From assembly GCF_963921235.1 (NCBI RefSeq), contig NC_086109.1:16494001-16558000 (forward strand): a stretch of 64,000 bases of DNA, given 5' to 3'. The notes under the pieces are model-generated. The model was not told where the DNA came from and searched no databases. It saw only the letters and a list, made by a program, of their open reading frames with translations. The DNA comes from Mobula hypostoma (Eukaryota). This document shows, in pieces, positions 1-13,153 of this stretch. The position numbers and the translations under genes were made by a program. Numbering within the stretch: the first letter of the stretch is position 1; the number at the start of each line of letters is the position of its first letter.

Positions 1-317
1 AGGTTACAATACCATTTTCATCCCTTTTTCCCTTATTGTTGGATCTTGACTGCTACTCGCTCAACTCTCCCCTTTAATAAACTTCCCCTTCTCTCTCCTC
101 CTCCTTATTTCAAGGGCTCTACAACTCATATTCTCAGTCTTAATATTATTATTTGTTTTTTTGCATTTGCACAGATTGCCTCTTTTGATTGTTTGTCAGT
201 TTCTGTGTGTAGTTTTCATTGATTTTATTGTATTTCTTTGTTCTTCGCAAGAAAATGATTCTCAGGATGACATATACATACATCGATAATAACTTTACTT
301 TGAACTTATCATAATCT

Positions 318-1782
318 TCGCTCATTGACGACTGCATTGGCGCTGCTTCCTGCACGCATGCAGAACTCGTTGACTTTATTAACTTTGCCTCCAACTTTCA
401 CCCTGCCCTCAAGTTTACCTGGTCCATTTCCGACACCTCCCTTCCCTTTCTAGATCTTTCTGTCTCTGTCTCTGGAGACAGCTTATCCACTGATGTCTAC
501 TATAAGCCTACTGACTCTCACAGCTATCTGGACTATTCCTCTTCTCACCCTGTCTCTTGCAAAAACGCCATCCCCTTCTCGCAATTCCTCCGTCTCCGCC
601 GCATCTGCTCTCAGGATGAGGTTTTTCATTCTAGGATGAGGGAGATGTCTTCATTTTTTAAAGAAAGGGGCTTCCCTTCCTCCACTATCAACTCTGCTCT
701 TAAACGCATCTCCCCCATTTCACGTACATCTGCTCTCACTCCATCCTCCCACCACCCCACTAGGAATAGTGTTCCCCTGGTCCTCACCTACCACCCCACC
801 AGCCTCCGGGTCCAACATATTATTCTCCGTAACTTCCGCCACCTCCAACGGGATCCCACCACCAAGCATATCTTTCCCTCCCCCCCTCTCTCTGTATTCC
901 GCAGGGATCGCTCCCTACACAACTCCCTTGTCCATTCGTCCCCCCCATCCCTCCCCACTGATCTCCCTCCTGGCACTTATCCGTGTAAGCGGAACAAGTG
1001 CTACACATGCCCTTACACTTCCTCCCTTACCACCATTCAGGGCCCCAAACAGTCCTTCCAGGTGAGGCATCACTTCACCTGTGAGTCGACTGGGATGATA
1101 TACTGCGTCCGGTGCTCCCGATGTGGCCTTTTATATATTGGTGAGACCCGACGCAGACTGGGAGACCGCTTTGCTGAACATCTACGCTCTGTCCGCCAGA
1201 GAAAGCAGGATCTCCCAGTGGCCACACATTTTAATTCCACATCCCATTCCCATTCTGACATGTCTATCCACGGCCTCCTCTACTGTAAAGATGAAGCCAC
1301 ACTCAGGTTGGAGGAACAACACCTTATATTCCGTATGGGTAGCCTCCAACCTGATGGCATGAACATTGACTTCTCTAACTTCCGCTAGGCCCCACCTCCC
1401 CCTCGTACCCCATCTGTTACTCTTTTTTATGCACACATTCTTTCTCTCACTCTCCTTTTTCTCCCTCTGTCCCTCTGAATATACCTCTTGCCCATCCTCT
1501 GGGTCACCCCCCCCCCCCGTCTTTCTTCCCGGACCTCCTGTCCCATGATCCTCTCATATCCCCTTCTGCCTATCACCTGTCCAGCTCTCGGCTCCATCCC
1601 TCCCCCTCCTGTCTTCTCCTATCATTTTGGATCTCCCCCTCCCCCTCCAGCTTTCAAATCCCTTACTCACTCTTCCTTCAGTTAGTCCTGACGAAGGGTC
1701 TCGGCCTGAAACGTCGACTGCGCCTCTTCCTATAGATGCTGCTTGGCCTGCTGCGTTCACCAGCAACTTTGATGTATGTTGC
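318..1782 (+). mobile_element. 5'-truncated Penelope-like element (Neptune-type): RT C-terminus, GIY-YIG endonuclease and 3' terminal repeat
   Basis: Open frame 321-1388: IDDCIG (RT YIDD remnant), LPFLDL, YYKPTDSHSYL, Cys cluster CKRNKCYTC, then MIYCVRCSRCGLLYIGET (GIY-YIG). Flanked by CATAATCT at 310-317 and 1783-1790. Confidence 0.92.
1684..1720 (+). ncRNA. Minimal hammerhead ribozyme motif in the PLE terminal repeat
   Basis: agtc-CTGACGA-a-gggt(ctcg)gcct-GAAA-c-GTC-gact: intact core, stem I agtc/gact, stem II, palindromic ACGT stem III. Confidence 0.8.
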
Positions 1783-1960
1783 CATAATCTCCTTATACTT
1801 ATTCTCACGTGAACCCTTTCTTTCCTTCTCCGCACCTTACTCCCATCACATTTCTTGCTCCCTCCTTCTACCATCTTACTTCTCACTCTCACTCATTTTC
1901 TTTTCCTCTGTCTCTTTACATTGGTCTTTCTCCCCTTTTCTCTCTTTGTTTCTGTTTCCT

Positions 1961-2145
1961 ACATAGAACATAGAATAGTACAGCACAGTACAGGCCCTTC
2001 AGCCCACAATGTTGTGCCGACCCTTAAACCCTGCCTCCCATATAACCCCCCCCACCTTAAATTCCTCCATATACCTGTCTAGTAGTCTCTTAAATTCCAC
2101 TAATGTATCTGCCTCCACCACTGACTCAGGCAGTGCATTCCACGC
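1961..2145 (-). mobile_element. CR1-like LINE 3' end fragment
   Basis: (ACATAGA)n tail plus cagcacagtacaggcccttcagcccac, shared with the other CR1 ends in the window. Confidence 0.7.
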
Positions 2146-2454
2146 ATTCCTGAGAAAGGGGAGAGAAAACGAGGAAAATTGGCACAGGTTAAAGACATAA
2201 ATTCAGAGGTCATAAAGAGATGGGCATTTGATGGATTAAAGTACTTAAAAAGTTTGACATGGAGGTAGGAGCACCAGAGTTTGTCAGGTGGGGCATTGTG
2301 AGGGACACAAAGTGAACACAGTGGGGGGAAGTTACAGGGTAACCACACACATCCTACATTGAAACTTTCAGCTAGACACAGGATTGTGTTTGTGAGTGGT
2401 GCAGTGTATTGTGTAAAGCACACAGAGCGCATAGCAAACTGAAGTATTAAACAA

Positions 2455-2742
2455 GTGGCCCGGTAGCACAGTGGTTAGTGCACCACTTTACAGCAGCCAG
2501 CTGTAAGTTCGGGGTTTCAATTCCCACTCCTGCCTGCGAGGAGTTTGTACGCTCTCCCTGTGGCCGTGTGAGCTTCCTTTCACATTCCAAAGATGTACGG
2601 TTTGAGTTAGTCAGTTGTGGGCATGCTTTATTGGTGCTGTAAGTGTGGTGACACTTTGCTGGCTGCCCAGCACAAATTCTCGCAGATTTACTTTGAAGGA
2701 AAAGATTAATTTCACTATACATGTGACAACTAAAGTTAATCA
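2455..2742 (+). mobile_element. tRNA-derived SINE
   Basis: A-box-like ggtagcacagtggttag, B-box-like ggtttcaattccc, body ggagtttgtacgctctccc, tail gtgacaactaaagttaatc; homologous copies recur in the window. Confidence 0.75.
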
Positions 2743-2754
2743 TCTCTGTCTAGT

Positions 2755-3010
2755 ATACTTAATGGGGGTTGGTGGTGTTGTGTGGGGTGAAGGGCTATGA
2801 GGTGGGGTTCTGAGAGAAAGATTAGTCAGGGAGTGACTCTGGCTATAATTTCTTAGTGGGGGGGGTTGATGGCATTGTGTGGTGTGAAGAGGCAGGAGAT
2901 GGATGGGAAACAAAGATTAGTCAAGGAATGATTCTAGAATTACTTAATGGGGGTTGTTGGCATTGTGTGACGTGAAGAGGCAGGAGATGGGAGAGGAAGA
3001 TTAGTCAGGA
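2755..3010. repeat. Degenerate tandem repeat, about 3 units of 70-95 bp
   Basis: Recurrent tacttaatgggggttg..ggcattgtgtg..gtgaagaggcaggagatgg..aagattagtcagg. Confidence 0.7.
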
Positions 3011-3229
3011 AACGAATGAGAACAAATAACTTTATACAATGAGTTTTCTAAGGAGCTTTTGAAAATAATTCAGGAATAACCCATGTTAGAAATACAGAGG
3101 AAGGAAATTCATAGACCTGTGGTATTCGATTAAGAATTAGTGGGAGCAGTAGTACAGAGGGGAGTGAGACTTCGGGCAGAGAGAAGCCAATGGACTGTCC
3201 ATGCTGAGTGATGATCTGCTTGCTTTCAG

Positions 3230-3400
3230 ATATGGATCTGATCCCTCAGGATACACGGGTCTCTCAGGCTCTGAATGGGGATCTCTACTTCTCCAACGTG
3301 AAGCGCAGTGATGCACGTTTTGATTACATCTGCAATGCCCGGTTTCCCTTCACTCAGACCATCCAGCAGAAAAACCCCATCACCATCAAAGTACTGACCA
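3230..3400 (+). CDS. NFASC: Neurofascin exon, Ig2 C-terminal half (171 nt)
   Basis: ttcag|AT...CCA|gtgagt; [23 protein letters not shown]...[23 protein letters not shown]. Confidence 0.95.
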
Positions 3401-4108
3401 GTGAGTATCAGTCCTCCTGCAATGGTCTTTCAGTCCCTATCCTGTCATCAAAGAGGTTATTGTTCAAGGGTTCATGATGGAATTCAGTTGCAACCTAATG
3501 TAATGACTGTAATGTTAAGGAATACAAATCCAGCCATCCATTGTGGACGAGGAGCACTGAAAGGTCGAAGCGCTGAATACCTTACTGGGCTGATATCTCA
3601 ACACCCTAAATCTTTCCATTCCAATCGGAACATAACTTCTGTATGTGACCCTCGTCTCCTGCCCCAGAGCATTGATCAAAGGAGTCTCCAGCATTGTCCA
3701 GAGATATGATTCTGCTGTGTGGGCATTCTTCAGTCACTTAGTGCCATCTCCACTGCTGGAGTCTATGCCGAACATACACACAGCCCCTGTGCACTAGCCG
3801 TGGTCCCAATTTCCACATGTCCCGTCAATTCTCCAGAGCCCCAGTTTCTGGTCCACTTTACTCACCAGGCCCTTGTTTCTGCTGTCTGTCCACTCACCAG
3901 AATTCCAGCTCTCATTCTTTGTTCAGTCACAGGGGCCTGTTTCCCACTCACTGGGACCATGATTTCCACTGCTTTGTCCACTCACCAGGACAATGATTCT
4001 GCTCCCTCGTCACTCACCAGGGCCCAGAGCTCCCACACTCATTTTAACTCATCCAGTTCTGTTTCCCGTGCTCCCCTGAAACTTACTGGCTTTGCTGAAA
4101 TATCACGA

Positions 4109-4625
4109 GTCATCGAATCACAGAAAAGCACAGCACAGAAACAGGCCCTTTGGCCCATCTAGTCTGTGCCGAACCACTTAAACTGCCTGCTCCATTGATC
4201 TACACCTGGACCATGATCCTCCATACCCCTACCATCCAGATACCTATCCAAACTTCTCTTAAATGTTGAACTCAAGCTCGCATGCACCACTTGTGCTGGT
4301 AGATCGTTCCACACCCTCAAAACCCTCTGAGTGAAGAAGTTTCCCCTCATGTTCCCCTTAAACATTTCACCTTTCACCCTTAACCCATGACCTCTAGTTG
4401 TAGTTCCATTTAACCCCCGTGGAAAAGTGCCTGCTTGCAGTTACTCTATCTATACCCCTCATAATTTTGTATACCTTTATCAAGTCTCCGCTCAATCTTC
4501 TACATTCCAAGGAATAAGGTCCTAAATTATTAAATCTTATCATATAAATCAGGTCCTCCAGTCCCAGCAACATCCCTATAAATTTTCTCTGTACTCTTTC
4601 AACCTTATTTACATCTTTCCTGTAG
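4109..4625 (-). mobile_element. CR1-like LINE 3' fragment
   Basis: Minus-strand peptide KGEMFKGNMRGNFFTQRVLRVWNDLP (CR1 ORF2 C-terminus). Confidence 0.85.
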
Positions 4626-6539
4626 TGCCATCTCTAATAAAAAAAAAAGAACCAGTAGACTGGAGTAGAAATAAAATTAACATCTGATGATCCAGAAAAT
4701 CTGGCACCACCAAGGTTTCAAGCATACCAGATTAACCATGTTTAACTGTAGTTTGCACCCACAGCCCACCAACTCCTGTGGACGATGCCAAGTGCTCTGG
4801 GTCTGTGCTTCACCAGAAGGTTTGCTGCTGGCTGACATTCAGGAACATATTTGGGCCTCTTATATCAGGCTGCAGAAATAGATATAATTGCAGATTTCAT
4901 GTGAGGGTCTTCTGTATCTTGTGCTGATAATTATTTTAACAGAGGTTTACATCTTTCCTAAATTATTGCTGAAAGGATGTCTTGGAACAAAGTGCAGGGG
5001 ACTTTTATGAGGAGAGTATCAGGAATGTGGTATCTCAGTTACATTGCATTCCTGGAAACCCCCAATAGCTCACCTTGGAACAGTAAAGATTGAAGCAGAT
5101 TTGGATTTTGATAGGGAAGAGAACTTTAGTTTCCAATGGAAAATGGACTTCAGGTAATTGACATAAGAACAAAAGTCAGAAGAATAATGTGGTTTACATG
5201 GTGAGCTGTCATGCTGTATAATGCCCTGCCTAATGGAAGCAGATTCAACAAACTCATTTGAGATGGAACTGGATAAGTCTGTGATGGAGGAAAAATGTGT
5301 AGCATTGCTGGAAAATGCGAGGTGAGTATGACTAATGAGATAGATCTTTCAAAGGGCTGACACAGAAATGATGGACAAAATAGCCTCTTTGTGTACTGTA
5401 CTGATCTTTACTTGTCTGTCAGTCACCGTATGCATCCCATCCACAGAACTAGTTGGTATGGTGACGCTGTTGATTACATTTCAACAAGGTCACATCTTTG
5501 ATCATTGCTTGAAATCTCTGTTTCCATGTTTACTTAATACATAGGTGGAGGTTATTTGGCTCGTTCAGTCTGCCCACTCACAAAGAAATGTCATGTCCGT
5601 ACAAATTTCCCTATTATGCGTTCTCATGCATTCCTGAAACTACACAAGGGGCAATTTTCAGTGGCTAACTAACCAATCTACCAGCAATTATCTGAGATGT
5701 ACGAGGATTCTGGATAGAACACATGCAATGGCAGGTAGAATCTGTAAACTTGACACAAAGATTACAGAGATTCAGAATTAGTCCTTCTAAAGAATGTCTA
5801 AAAAACCATTCCAAAGAAGCAGAAAACAAAATCACAATGAGGGATCTCAGCTGAACTGCTATCCAGTGACCTTTGGAAGGTTTGGTGAGGGTGTCATCAG
5901 CTTCAGATAGGATGCATATCATTATCAATGAGCAGGCTTGTTTTGACTGTTTGTCAGACAGTACCATGGCCATGGAACACTACCCCAATGGGGGGCCAGA
6001 TGTTTCAGAACCACAAAGTGGGCAGCAGAAATATTGATTAAACTAATAAAGTAGAAATGTGAATATTTGGCAGCTTTCCTTTTTCCATTCTTTATTATTG
6101 TTCTCCAATAATAAAGAGCTCTCATATCAGTACCTCTGACACCTTGCAACTTGTGAAGTGATCCTGCTGTGGAGCTACACATTCCTCAAGTTTCCTTCTG
6201 GAATTCGTCACAATCTAATGGACAAAGGAGGACCCCTTTGCACACCCTTCTCCCAACCCACTGAAAGAAGTGGCACTCACATCAGATCACGTTTTACTCT
6301 ATCATAATGCTGCCTTGCTCCGTCACACTGCTGTTTTAAGTTTTTAATTGTGCTAACCTGATATTTGATCTTCAGTTCACTGATCAGTAATGTATCACTG
6401 GACATATGCTCTTTTTCTCACTTTGAGTGTCTCTTTCATTTTTTATAAATATAATTCTCCCTACATCCTTCAGATAGTTTTCCTGTGATCATCCTGCTTA
6501 TCTATTGTTGCCTTCAACCTCCTCAGTCCTCCCTTGTTT

Positions 6540-6945
6540 CATAGGACTCAGAACAGTATAGTACACTTCAGGCCCTTAAGTCAGTTGTGTCAACCTTTTA
6601 ATCTACTCTATGATCAATCTAACTCTTCCCTTCACAACCCATATCTCTCAATTTATCTTTCATTCATGTGCCTACCTAAGTGTTTTGTAAATGTCTGTCC
6701 TGTATCAGCGTCTACCACCCTCCCAAGCACCTAACTCTCTCTGTGTGAAAACACCTACCTCTGGCATCTCCTCTAAACTTTCCTCGACTCATGTCCTCTG
6801 GTTTTAGCCATTGCCACACTGGGAAGAAGGTGCTAGCTGTCCACTCTATCAATGCCTCTCATAATCCTATACACTACACCTCTATCATATGGCCTCTCAT
6901 CCTCCTTTGCTCCAAAGAAAAAAGCCCAGCTCACTCAGTCTTTCC
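6540..6945 (-). mobile_element. Decayed CR1-like LINE 3' fragment
   Basis: Similar to the other CR1 tails (caggcccttaag, ccactctatcaatgcctctcataat). Confidence 0.65.
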
Positions 6946-7135
6946 AGCCTTTCTTCTGTATTCCATCTTCTTCTTGCACTTCCATCATCCCTCCACCCCT
7001 TCCCCCCTTGCTTCGCCTCTGTTGCCGATTCTCCCTTGTCTTTTGCCTCTCACGTCCTTTTACCCCTCCCAAGTTTCACCATTTCTCCTGCTGTTCTGCT
7101 GATCCTGCAAGCTCATGTTATTTTATTTGTTACAG

Positions 7136-7183
7136 TGGATACCAATTACGAATCAGTGCCAACTGTTCTGAATGAAACTGATG
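7136..7183 (+). CDS. NFASC: Neurofascin short linker exon between Ig2 and Ig3 (48 nt, probably alternative)
   Basis: ttttatttgttacag|TG...GATG|gtgagt; phase 1-1, frame preserving; (M)DTNYESVPTVLNETD; same position as the known Ig2-Ig3 cassette exon of neurofascin/NrCAM. Confidence 0.75.
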
Positions 7184-10100
7184 GTGAGTTATGGCACCTT
7201 CGAGAGAACTTTGTGTTCTAACCCTCTAATCCCCTACTCAGCTTAACCTGTGTATTAACCTGATGTCTCACTCTGAGGTGAAAGCTGTACTCAGGTTTTG
7301 ATGGAGCATTTGCAACACTAGAGTATCGGAGGGAATCTGGTAACTATAAATGGAAATGGGCCAGAAATGCCTCAGGTATATGGAGCAGCTTTGCATGTAT
7401 TAGACTGAATTTATTCCAGTGTTTACTGTACAACTTGGAGAAAATTACAGCCCAAAATTATAGAATGTAGAACATTTCAGGAAAGTACAAGCCCTTTGGC
7501 CCACAATGTCATGCCAACCTTTTAACCTGTTTAAGATCAATCTAACCCTTCCCTCCTACATAGCCCTCCATTTTTCATTAGGGAGGAAATTATAACTGAC
7601 CCCAATTTCTGCATGTGCAGCAGTAAGGCAAGCCAAGGTGTCCCAAAGAAGAAAATCAAAGCCTGTGTGGCAATAATTAGCTCGCACAATGTTGCCAAAA
7701 ACAAAAATATGATAGGACAATGAGAGGAAGAGTTTTAAGGAGAGGTCTCTGGCCTCGGGGCACCTAGTTCCTGTCACTGAGAGATGGAAGGAGAGGCAGG
7801 GGTAAATGTGGTCCATCATTGGTGGAAGTCAAGAACTCCCAAGCCATCATGAGATTTGTGGACGAGTTTGTTGGCTTGAGAGAACGTGGCCACATACATT
7901 CTGTCGTTGTGGTGAATTCTGATGCCAGGTATTTGACAGTCTAGTGATGCTGAACATGTCAACTTCGCCAGCACCTTGCATTAGACTTGGGTGAAAACCG
8001 AGGAAAAGGAGAACACTCCACCTCTTGTGGCACCTCCTCCTTGCCATTGCATTACAGCTGATCTGCATCTTAATTCGACCCAGCTACCTTAACTCTTTTA
8101 GTGTTATTAGCTTTGTCTCAGGAAAAAAAAACATTACTCCCAACTTTGAAAATTTCAATAGCTTTCCCTTGGGTTGCCTTCAGAATAAACTACTTTTTTT
8201 TTGGGAGGGGTGGAAGAATGTTTCAAATTTCCAGCATTCTCAGTTACAGATTTACAGTGCTCCAGAGACCATTGTGCCACCTCACGTTGTGTGTACCAAG
8301 TTTCTGTCAGCACCACCAGCCAGTGAGTGACACAAGACATTGTGTGGATGCTGGAAATCATGAACAATACGCACCAAATGCTCGAGGAATTCAACCGGCC
8401 AGGCAGCACCTGTGGAAGGAAGTGAGCAGTTGACGTTTCTGGCCGAGACGTATTGAAGTCCCGATGAAGGGTTTCAACACCAAATGTCAACTGGTCGTTT
8501 GAATTTCAGTCCATAGACTTTTTCTGACTGAGGGAAAGCTCTCCAGTCTAATCACATCTTCCAGTCACCGGATGGACAGACTCATCAAGTATTTGTCTAA
8601 GGTCTATTTCAATATCTTCAGGCTTTACCAGCTTTTGGGGTTGTGAGTTTCATACTCTGACTGAACATCATTTTCTTCATCTCCTATCAGACCCTGGTTT
8701 TGTGATTATTCCGCCAATCAAAATTGCTTTTCTGAGGCCTGACAGGACATATTAGGTCTCACCCAAAACCTTCTTTGTTCCAAAAAAAGCAACTGGTTTA
8801 TCCGATTCTTGCTTAGAGCTACCGTTTTCCAGTCCTAGCATCATTTTTGTAAATCTCCTCTGTATTTGATACAGTGTGATCACCTTGTTCCTGTAATGTG
8901 ATGTGCAGACTGTGCACAGTGCTGAACCTGAGGCTTGATTAGGTTGTATGACATGGTCTGTTCCTTGTCTAAAAAGTAGAACACTTGTTAACTTCCTTCC
9001 TGCCCAGCTGATCTGACCATCTACCTCACCCTGAGTTTAAAGCCCACCACTGACCACCGAACCAATTTACATGTTATTCAGAATCAGAAATGGGTTTAAT
9101 ATAACCGGCGTATGTTGTGAAATGTGTTGTCTTTGTAGCAGCCGTACAGTGAAGCACGTTTGCACAAATAATCTAAGGTGTTCAACGGAAATGTGAAACA
9201 ATACAGTCATAGTTCCCCGGCACCTCTTCTGTGTGCTTTGTCCATTACGGTAACAGAGTCTTTCAGTACAGAAACAGGCACTTTGGCTCATCACATCTAT
9301 GCTCTTCATCAAACATACATTTGATAATCCTACTTTACTCTTCCCAGAACATATCAACTCCCCACTTCCCAGATTCTAGCACCCACCTCCGCACAGGGGA
9401 CAATTTACAGAGGACATTTATTTGGAATGTGGCTGGGAAGCAGAACAACCAGAGGAAACCCAAGAAGTCACAGAGTAGAGCATAGATTCCACACAGACAG
9501 CGCCCAAGGTCAGGACTTCAGTTTTCCAGAGATAATCCTGGCAGATCAGCAAATTTTACGCTTCCCTCTGTAAGAACGGTTGCAAAATGAGGTCAGAGAA
9601 CTAAAGCAAGAAGAAAATGAAAATTGAATAAAGGTGGAGGTTAGGATGGGGGAGTGAGGTGGAATCACTGCTTATCATTTAAACCAGCTTTGTCATGTTA
9701 GATTGAATATCCAACTAAAATAATTCTGTTAACTATTGATGTGTTACATTGAAGTTGCAAGGTATTCAGTCGCAGAGCTGACTGACAGTCCTCTTGTTCT
9801 TTCTGAATATTTAAAATCTCTGCCTTTTCGTAGGCCCGATGGAGCAAGTACAGGCTGTAACCAAGGGGAACTAAAGGCATGGTGCCACATTCTAAAATCT
9901 CAGGAAGGCTATTGGTCAGAATAAATTTGCAAAGGAAGGAACATAGCTAGGATTTTGGAAAAGGGGAAGGTTTTACAGGGCAGCTTAAAAGAACTAACTT
10001 TTAGGGAGGGTATTTTGAAACTTGGACTTCAGGTATGTGACATATGGCTGATACTGCTGGGGTGAAGGATGTCATGGTCCCAAGAAACCTGGATTGGAGG

Positions 10101-13100
10101 AGGGTGGAAACCTCAGTCTGTTGGTCTGGAGAAAATAGTAAAGCAAAGCAAGAATTGAGATCGTGGGATTTGACAAAAAAGAAGAGGAGCTTTAATAGCA
10201 AGGTGTTCGGGAAACAAGGTCAGTAGATGAACATGAGCACCTTAACATTTCGAGTGCGTGCGCAGTTTCACTTGATTATAAGGGAGACTGAGCAGCTGGT
10301 AGGCAGCCTGTCCTCCGTTGTTCTGATCCAGTTAGACAACTTTGGATCACTTATCCTTTATTTTAATAAACTTCTTTTGATTTCCAAAGCAACTTTTGTA
10401 CCAATGCTTAGCCTTCCTCTGTTGCCATCTAGCAAGAACAAGTTGCAAACCTCCTTCTGGCTGGCTGGGGGAAATTGAGGTCTGCAAACCAGACAGAGGG
10501 CTGAAAAGGGGAGAGTTAGCCGAGGCTAAACTAGGATGGGGCATAAATTACATCCTGTTCTTATGTACAGTCATTTCCTATTACTGCGCCAAGCACAGTA
10601 TATCGGGAGGGAGTGGATGTTAGAGACAAAGTTCTGGATCCCACTAAGGAAGGATGCATTAAAGGGAGTGAAGTGTCACCTTACCAGGCTAATATCTGAA
10701 TGCCAATGGGCAAATAATGAGAAGAGACTTCCAAAAACAGGCATTATATTGCTGTGAATGTATGTTAAGGGGTAAAGATCACAGTTTATAAGAGAATTGG
10801 AAATGATACAGTTGTTGGAATAATATATATTTCCATTAACTGGAGAGGCTAGAACTGGGGGGGGGGGGGCGGGTGGCGCAGAATCCAAACATTAGGCCCA
10901 CGCCTTTCAGGAAGTTAGTCGGGTTGCTACCTGTGCACCTTAATGATCAACTCTTTGATTTTCTGCCAACTCCACCTTCTACTCAGAACTCTCCCACACC
11001 ACAATATATTTACCACAAAAAAAGTGGCCAAAGGAACTGAAGAAAAAGCATTTCTCACAATTCCTCAATACCTTTCTCCTGAGCTTTTTCAAGACAGTTC
11101 CCAGGAAATTGATTCCTGGTAATTCTGGACAATTCTGGAAGTAAAATTGTGAAATGCATTAGAGTACACTCAAGGGAATGGAAGGTCTGCTTCTGTTCCC
11201 AGTGTAATGCAATTGATCAAACACCAACCATTAACAATGAGAATATTTGCATACTTAGTATTATATTAATAGCTATTTGATTTGTACAAATTACAAAGGA
11301 GGCCATTTACCACATTATGCCTGTGCTGGTCCTTTGACAGATCTGAACATGTTGTCCCCTCCCCAATAACTCCTAAGATTTTTACTTTTAAAGAAGTCCT
11401 TTTTGGGAAATTACAGAATCTGCTTCCATCATCATTTCAGACAATCTTTCTTCTAGGCAGCCTCTAGCCTTCAGGTGACAGCGTTTTGCTGAGTGAGGCA
11501 AAGTTTCCTCCATCACCTCTGTTTCCAGGAAACGTTCTCCACCAAGCCCAGCAGATGACTTTGTAGTTGTGTTGCCTGTGTGGTGAAACATGTCAGTTGC
11601 ATAGATGAATTCATTCAAATATGGTGTGTGAGGCCTTTCCATTTTCCATCAGATACCATAGTATTCCTGTAGTAAGCTACAGAGAGAGGAAAGAAGTCAC
11701 AGAGTAGCGAAGATATAAATTTCCATGTGAGATTTCAGTAGGCAACTTCACCCAAAGTACTAACCTCATGTTGTATCGTACTTCTGTCTGTGCTAATTTT
11801 CTGTTGTAGCTGTGTTACAAGATCTGTATGCAATAGTAACATCCACAAGTCCAGTATCTTAATCATTTATCTTAGCCCCTTGAGCTGTGGGTTATCATTA
11901 CTAAAAAGTATGACCCGCCTTCTGTTTATGCTCCCGCCACCTGAAGCATGAACAGAAGAATAAAACATTATCAGCTCTTCCGAATACACGGTGCGTAGTT
12001 TTGCCCACGATCACTGAATCCAATGCAGAAACCTCAGTGAGACTGAGATTATAAATGTCCCCTTGGTTGGAGTGGGGAATTGATCATTTGATTGTCCACT
12101 CTCTGCTACCGCAACAAATGCATGCAGTGAGTGTTGGATAGGCTGAATTGGGCTGACCTGTGTAACTAAATGAACAGATGGTCTATGCTGATTTTTAGAA
12201 CTGTGCAATGTGATAATGCTCAAGTTTAAGTCTATTGTCAGGTGCATAAATATACAAGGTATAAATGCCATGGAATTACCTTTTTACAGCAGTAACATGA
12301 TCAAGATAAACATGTTAACATAAACCTAAGTTAACATATCATGCAGAAACAGAGACAGCACGGTAGTTAAATTCACTGAGTAGTAATTCACCAGTCTAAG
12401 GTTAAGTCCCACCGTAGCAGTAGTGGATTTAAAATTTGGTTTTAATGTGGAATTTAAAAAAGAACTGGTAATGTGAAATGGTGCCCACAGAACCATTGGA
12501 TTATTATACACTCAAAAGTCACTTTATTTGGTACACCTGTACACCTGCTTGTTAATCCGAATATCTAATACAGGGGACTGTACTGGCTTCCTCCCTGTTG
12601 ACCCTGAACACCTTGTGCTTTGGATACAACACTGAGTCATGCCATCTGCAGAAATTCTCCAATGACTTAGCAATAGTTGGGTGTATAATGGGTGGATGGG
12701 AGAATGAATACAGGACCCTGATGGAGGGTTTTGTCAAATGGTGCAAGCTGAATCATTTGCAGCTCAACTTCAGTAACACAAAAGAGATGGTGATGAACTT
12801 TAGAAAAGACTATGCCTGCACTGCTCCCTGTTACTGTTGATGGTGAGGACGTGGATGTGGTGAGGACCTACAAGTAACTGGGGGAGCACCTGGATGACAG
12901 ACTTGAGTGGAGCACCAACACAGAAGCTGTGTGCAAGAAGTGCCAGAGTTGCCTCTACTTCTTCAGGAGATTGAGGTCCTTTGGAGTATGCAGGCCTCTC
13001 CTGCACATGCTCTACTAGTCTGTTGTCACCAGTACAATCTTCTATGCTTTGGAGTGCTGGGGCAATGGCATCAACACAGGTGATGCTGACAGGTACGGTA

Positions 13101-13153
13101 AACTGATTAGAAAGGCTGGCTGTGTTATAGAAGTCAAACTGGACACACTGGAG

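Noticed and set aside
2455..2530. tRNA genes at SINE heads (also 21805, 61222)
   Set aside because: No complete cloverleaf; each continues into a SINE body.
10856..10876. Poly-G run as a G-quadruplex element (also C/G runs near 1507, 15702, 53729, 62701)
   Set aside because: Homopolymers mostly inside decayed repeats, with unreliable length; no evidence of function.
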